DNA from: an uncultured beta proteobacterium
GTDB taxonomy: Bacteria; Pseudomonadota; Gammaproteobacteria; Burkholderiales; Casimicrobiaceae
Assembly: GCA_963779805.1 (NCBI GenBank)
Contig: CAVZZN010000016.1
Coordinates: forward strand, 304,584 to 368,583
Reading direction: 5' to 3'
DNA length: 64,000 nucleotides
Below are positions 60,072 to 64,000 of the stretch, piece after piece. The position numbers and the translations under genes are program-made. The notes below the pieces were generated by a model that saw nothing but the letters and a program-made list of their open reading frames with translations, was not told where the DNA came from and searched no databases. Position 1 is the first letter of the stretch; each line of letters starts with the position of its first letter.

Positions 60072-62438
60072 TCAGTGGTTCCTGTCCGGCGCGGCGTCGC
60101 CGGCGAGCGCCTGGCGTGCAACCCACGCCTGGCCGAGCGCGAGTCCGCCGTCGTTGGGCGGCGCCTGCTCCGCCTCGAGCACGGCGAGGCCGCGCGCCTG
60201 CAGTGCGCGCCGAACGCCCGCCGTGAGGATCGCGTTGAGGAAGCAGCCGCCACCGAGCGCCACGGTGGTGATCGCCGACGCGATGGCAGCGCGCGCCACC
60301 CACTCCGCGATGCCGGCGACGAGCGTGGCATGGAAGAGCGCCGCGCCATGCGCCGCATCGCTGCAATCCGCGAGCCGCGAGAGCAACGGCGTGAGGTCGA
60401 GCGTGCCGTCGCCGCGCAGCACGAAGCCCGCGTCGTCGGGCGCGACCGGCCCATGCGCTGCAGCGAGTCCCTCCAGCAGCATCGCGGCCTGCCCCTCGAA
60501 CGCCATGCGCCGGCGCACGCCGAGCAATCCCGCCGCGGCGTCGAACCAGCGGCCCGCGCTGCTCGTCTCCGGCGCGTTGAGACCGCGATCGAGCATGGTG
60601 ACGGCGACCGCAGCCGCGGGCTCGTCCGCGAAGCGGGTTGCGATCTCGGCACCGCGGCCCGCCTGCCAGAGCGCGGCTGCGGCCATGCGCCAGGGCTCGC
60701 GCGCCGCGCGGTCGCCACCCGGCAGCCGCAGCGGCTGCAGGCGACCGAGGCGTTGCGACGACGCACCGGCCACCAGGAGCAGCTCGCCGCCCCACGCCGT
60801 GCCGTCGTCGCCCAGCCCCACGCCATCGAGCGCGACACCGAGCGCGGGCGCAGTCCAGCGATGCTCCGCGAGCACTGCCGCGATGTGCGCGTGGTGGTGC
60901 TGCACGCCGTGCAGCGGCACGCCCCAGCGCTGCGCGAGCGAAGCGGCGAGGCGCGTGCTGAAGAAATCGGGATGCAGGTCGTGCGCGACGATCGCGGGAC
61001 GCACTTCGAGGATCGCAAGCAGATGCTCGACCGCCTGCTCGAGGGCGTGACACGTCGGCGCGTTGTCGAGATCCCCGACGTGCTGCGACAGGAAGGCTTC
61101 GCGCTTTCGCAGCACGCACGCGGTGTTCTTGAAGTAGCCGCCGGTCGCGAGCACCACGGGGCCGTCGCTCGCGACCACGATCGCGCGCGGCGTGTGCCCG
61201 CGCGCCCGGCGGATGAACTGCGGCGCGGGGTCGGCGCTTTCCGGCAGCATGCGCACCACGCTGTCGTCGCAGCGCACGACGATGTCGCGATCGTGCGCGA
61301 GATACGCGTCGGCGATGCCCTGCAGGCGCTCGATCGCCTCCGCATTGCCGGTGACGAGCGGCTCGCCGCCCGGGTTCGCGCTCGTCATCACCAGCGCGAG
61401 CTCCTGGCTGTCCTGGAGCCACAGCGTGCCTGCAGGCCGCCCGGCGTGCTCGTGGAAGAGCAGGTAATGCAGGGGCGTGTAAGGCAGCATGACGCCGAGC
61501 CACGCGAGTCCCGGCGCAACGTCGGCGAGGAGCTCGTCCGCCGCGGCGCGCTTGCGCAAGAGCACGATCGGTCGTCCGGGTCCGTTGAGCACGCGCTCTT
61601 CGCCCGCGTCGAGCGATGCGAATGCGCGCGCCGACGCCGTGTTGGCCAGCATCACCGCAAAGGGCTTCTCTTCGCGCTGCTTGCGCTCGCGCAGGCGCCT
61701 CACGGCGCCGGCGTTGCGCGCGTCGCACGCGAGGTGGAACCCCCCGAGGCCCTTGATCGCGACGATGCCGCCGCCTGCGCGATCAGGCCCATCGCCTGGG
61801 CGACGGGATCGCCCGCGGCGTGCGGCTCGCCCTTGGCGTCGAGGTACGCGAGCGCCGGGCCGCATCCGCGGCAGGCATTCGGCTCGGCGTGAAAGCGGCG
61901 GTGCTCGGGATCGAGGTACTCGGCCATGCAGCGCGGGCACTGCGCGAAGCGGCGCATGCTCGTCATCGCGCGGTCGTACGGCAGGCCGCGGGTGATCGTG
62001 TAGCGCGGGCCGCAATTCGTGCAATTGATGAAGGCGTACCGATAGCGCCGGTTGGCCGGGTCGAGCATCTCCGCAAGACACGCGTCGCAGATCGCGGTGT
62101 CGGGTCCGATCATCGTGCTGCTGCGCGTCGTCGCGCTGTCGAGGATCGCGAAGCCCTGGTGGCCCAGCGGCGCGAGCCGCTCCACGACCGCAACCGCGTC
62201 GACCCGAGCCAGCGCCGGTGCCTCGCGGGCGATGCGCATGGCCATGGCCTCCACGTCCGCAACGGCGCCCTCGATCTCCAGCGTCACCCCGGCGCTGTCG
62301 TTGCGCACCCAGCCGGCGAGATGGAGCTCGCGCGCGAGGCGATACACGAACGGACGGAAGCCCACGCCCTGCACGACGCCGCGCACGGCGAGCGCGATGG
62401 CGCGCCTTGGCGTCGGGACGGATGGCCGCGAGCGTCAT
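60072..62438 (-). CDS. hypF: Carbamoyltransferase HypF; frame breaks near 62400 and 61760
   Basis: An acylphosphatase-like N-terminus (VRGVVQGVGFRPFVYRLA) is followed by two zinc-finger pairs (CDACLAEM...CTNCGPRY, CPRCMAEY...CRGCGP), a YrdC-like module (GGFHLACDA), and a Kae1-like C-terminus. Confidence 0.9.
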   Translation of the reverse strand: MTLAAIRPDAKARHRARRARRRAGRGLPSVRVSPRARAPSRRLGAQRQRRGDAGDRGRRCGRGGHGHAHRPRGTGAGSGRRGCGRGAARAAGPPGLRDPRQRDDAQQHDDRTRHRDLRRVSCGDARPGQPALSVRLHQLHELRPALHDHPRPAVRPRDDEHAPLRAVPALHGRVPRSRAPPLSRRAECLPRMRPGARVPRRQGRAARRGRSRRPGDGPDRAGGGIVAIKGLGGFHLACDARNAGAVRRLRERKQREEKPFAVMLANTASARAFASLDAGEERVLNGPGRPIVLLRKRAAADELLADVAPGLAWLGVMLPYTPLHYLLFHEHAGRPAGTLWLQDSQELALVMTSANPGGEPLVTGNAEAIERLQGIADAYLAHDRDIVVRCDDSVVRMLPESADPAPQFIRRARGHTPRAIVVASDGPVVLATGGYFKNTACVLRKREAFLSQHVGDLDNAPTCHALEQAVEHLLAILEVRPAIVAHDLHPDFFSTRLAASLAQRWGVPLHGVQHHHAHIAAVLAEHRWTAPALGVALDGVGLGDDGTAWGGELLLVAGASSQRLGRLQPLRLPGGDRAAREPWRMAAAALWQAGRGAEIATRFADEPAAAVAVTMLDRGLNAPETSSAGRWFDAAAGLLGVRRRMAFEGQAAMLLEGLAAAHGPVAPDDAGFVLRGDGTLDLTPLLSRLADCSDAAHGAALFHATLVAGIAEWVARAAIASAITTVALGGGCFLNAILTAGVRRALQARGLAVLEAEQAPPNDGGLALGQAWVARQALAGDAAPDRNH

Positions 62439-62447
62439 CGCACGTTC

Positions 62448-63392
62448 CTATGCCGGTGTCGCCGTGGCGCGTGCCGGCGTCGCCGCAACGGCCACGTCGG
62501 TCGCGATGCCGGCCGCACGGCGTTGCAGCCACTCCACCCACGCCGGCATGCCTTCGCCGCTCGTCGCCGATACGCGCATCACCTCGATGCCGGGGCGGAT
62601 GCGCCTTGCGTTCCCGATCGCGGCCTCGACATCGAACGGCACGTACGGCAGAAGGTCGACCTTGCTCACGATCACGACGTCCGCGGCGCGGAACATGTCG
62701 GGGTACTTGAGCGGCTTGTCCTCGCCTTCCGTGACCGACAGGATCACGACCTTGTGCGCCTCGCCGAGGTCGAACGCCGCCGGGCACACGAGATTGCCGA
62801 CGTTCTCGATGAAGAGCACCCCGCTCGACGGCAGCTGCAGTGATCCGAGCGCCTCCTCCACCATGCGGGCGTCGAGATGGCAGCCCTTGCCGGTGTTGAC
62901 CTGGATGGCCGGCGCCCCGGTGGCCCGGATGCGGTCCGCATCCCGCGAGGTCTGCTGGTCGCCTTCGATCACGGCGACCGGGAGCACGCCCCGCAGCAGC
63001 TCGATGGTGCGCACGAGCAGCGTGGTCTTGCCGGAGCCGGGACTCGACACGAGATTGAGCGCGAGCACGCTGCGTTGCGCGAAGGCCGCCCGATTGCGCG
63101 TCGCGATCGCATCGTTCGCCGACAGGAGATCGCGCTCGATCTGCACGATCCGCTCCGGCGCGACGCCGGCCTCGTGCACCGCACCGAGCGGACCGTGCGC
63201 GTGCGCAACGTCACCGTGCACAGGGGGCTGCCCGTGGCGACGGCCCGCGTCGTTTGCGTGGGAGCTCGCGCCATGCGCATGCATCGGCAGCGCCGAAGGC
63301 CCCCGCGGGACGATGGGACGAAGCAACGCGCCGTGCTCGGGCCGTACCTCGATTCTCGCCTTGCCTGCGCTGCAACCGCACGTCGTGCACAT
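62448..63392 (-). CDS. hypB: Hydrogenase nickel-incorporation GTPase HypB
   Basis: Intact ORF. It has the N-terminal MCTTCGC metal site, a His-rich stretch, the P-loop [11 protein letters not shown], and [10 protein letters not shown]. Confidence 0.9.
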   Translation of the reverse strand: MCTTCGCSAGKARIEVRPEHGALLRPIVPRGPSALPMHAHGASSHANDAGRRHGQPPVHGDVAHAHGPLGAVHEAGVAPERIVQIERDLLSANDAIATRNRAAFAQRSVLALNLVSSPGSGKTTLLVRTIELLRGVLPVAVIEGDQQTSRDADRIRATGAPAIQVNTGKGCHLDARMVEEALGSLQLPSSGVLFIENVGNLVCPAAFDLGEAHKVVILSVTEGEDKPLKYPDMFRAADVVIVSKVDLLPYVPFDVEAAIGNARRIRPGIEVMRVSATSGEGMPAWVEWLQRRAAGIATDVAVAATPARATATPA

Positions 63393-63408
63393 GATGTCCC
63401 GATCCCCG

Positions 63409-63750
63409 TCACGCGATCTCGATGTCCCGCACCCGCATTGCTTCGCCCTGCGTGACCTCGAGCTGATAGCCGCCGCACTCCGGGCACGCTTCGCCGAGGC
63501 GCTCCAGGGTCACGCCCTTGCCGCACGGCATGCACCACGCGCGCCCCGGCGTGGTGTCGATCTCGAGCGCAGCGCCGTCCGCGATCGACGAGCGCTTCAC
63601 GGCCTCGAAGCAGAACCGCAGCGCCTCGGGCGCGACGTGCGAGAGCGCGCCGATCTCCAGGCGCACGCTCGTGACGCGCGCGGCTGCGTGCTGCCGCGCC
63701 GCCTCTTCCACGATGGCGAGCACGCTCTCCGCGAGCGCCATCTCATGCAT
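63409..63750 (-). CDS. hypA: Hydrogenase nickel-insertion protein HypA
   Basis: Intact 113-aa ORF. It has the MHE N-terminus and the zinc site CMPCG...CPECG. Confidence 0.9.
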   Translation of the reverse strand: MHEMALAESVLAIVEEAARQHAAARVTSVRLEIGALSHVAPEALRFCFEAVKRSSIADGAALEIDTTPGRAWCMPCGKGVTLERLGEACPECGGYQLEVTQGEAMRVRDIEIA

Positions 63751-64000
63751 GCGCGACCTCCACCCGGCAGGCGACGCACGGATCGATCGCCTGCGCCACG
63801 AGGCGCGCGTCGCGCGCGAGCGCGTCCGCGTCGTCGGTCTCGATGCGGGCCAGGGCGCTCGTCAATGCCCCGTCGGCGCGAAAGTTCCACTCCGTCGGGG
63901 CGAGAATCGCGTAGTCGCGGATCACGCCGCGCTCGACCGCGGCGCGATGCACGAGCACGCCGCGCGCGGTCTGCGTGACGGCGCAGCCGCGAGCCTCGTG
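63743..64000 (-). CDS. [NiFe]-hydrogenase large-subunit-like protein, C-terminal end only (HupK/HoxV-type scaffold or a regulatory-hydrogenase large subunit); continues beyond the window
   Basis: The frame is open to nt 64000. ...EARGCAVTQTARGVLVHRAAVERGVIRDYAILAPTEWNF...[15 protein letters not shown] resembles the large-subunit C-terminal region, including DPCxxC. It occupies the hupK position upstream of hypA, and its stop overlaps the hypA start by 8 nt. Confidence 0.6.
   Translation of the reverse strand, partial: HEARGCAVTQTARGVLVHRAAVERGVIRDYAILAPTEWNFRADGALTSALARIETDDADALARDARLVAQAIDPCVACRVEVAHA

Noticed and set aside
1-64000. CRISPR arrays, tRNA, rRNA, prophage blocks or defence-island gene sets.
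   Set aside because: I found no regularly spaced direct repeats, no cloverleaf-compatible segment, and no phage, restriction or abortive-infection-type proteins. The GGTTCGAGG next to the repeat at 28936 superficially resembles a tRNA T-arm, but there is no acceptor stem or anticodon arm around it. The only mobile DNA seen is the IS110 element.

Overview
This is 64 kb of very GC-rich chromosomal DNA. The gene content reads like core genome of a betaproteobacterium of the Burkholderiales type. That placement is an inference from a Bug/TctC-type binding protein, phaC-phaB plus phasin/phaR, EarP with an Arg32 EF-P, LolCDE, BamD, and a hupK-like gene followed by hypABFCDEX.

I can support about 58 protein-coding genes, one IS110-family insertion, several hairpin terminators and promoters, and two copies of a palindromic intergenic repeat. 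I recognise no rRNA, tRNA or CRISPR array.

Modules from left to right:
- tldD and a pmbA-like gene.
- A minus-strand peptide-type ABC importer operon (two family-5 binding proteins, two permeases, a fused double ATPase), split by the IS.
- An alkA-like glycosylase and srkA.
- lolCDE, then recJ.
- An SDR reductase, a small secreted hypothetical protein, and dinG.
- bamD, rluD and pgeF, then a ZIP transporter.
- A PHA module (phaC, phaB, phasin, phaR), then rimO.
- A cioAB-like bd oxidase, followed after 20 nt by a four-component Mce/LinKLMN-type ABC system.
- A BMP-type ABC importer, then an aldehyde dehydrogenase.
- ada-alkA and ogt, a CDF transporter, and a DsbA-like protein.
- earP-efp, regBA, and a cytochrome c.
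- The hydrogenase maturation genes.

The dominant oddity is about 36 single-base frame breaks in about 26 genes, including housekeeping genes. Every junction I resolved by hand is repaired by removing one base from a short G, C or T run. These look like assembly or sequencing indels rather than real pseudogenes.

I did not find a convincing new multi-gene system. The best follow-up candidates are:
- the TTACTCnGAGTAA palindromic repeat family;
- a 16-nt operator-like motif shared by the phasin/phaR region and a distant reductase promoter;
- the apparent co-transcription of the bd oxidase with a STAS-fused Mce transporter.

All product calls come from motif recognition by eye. No database search was run.
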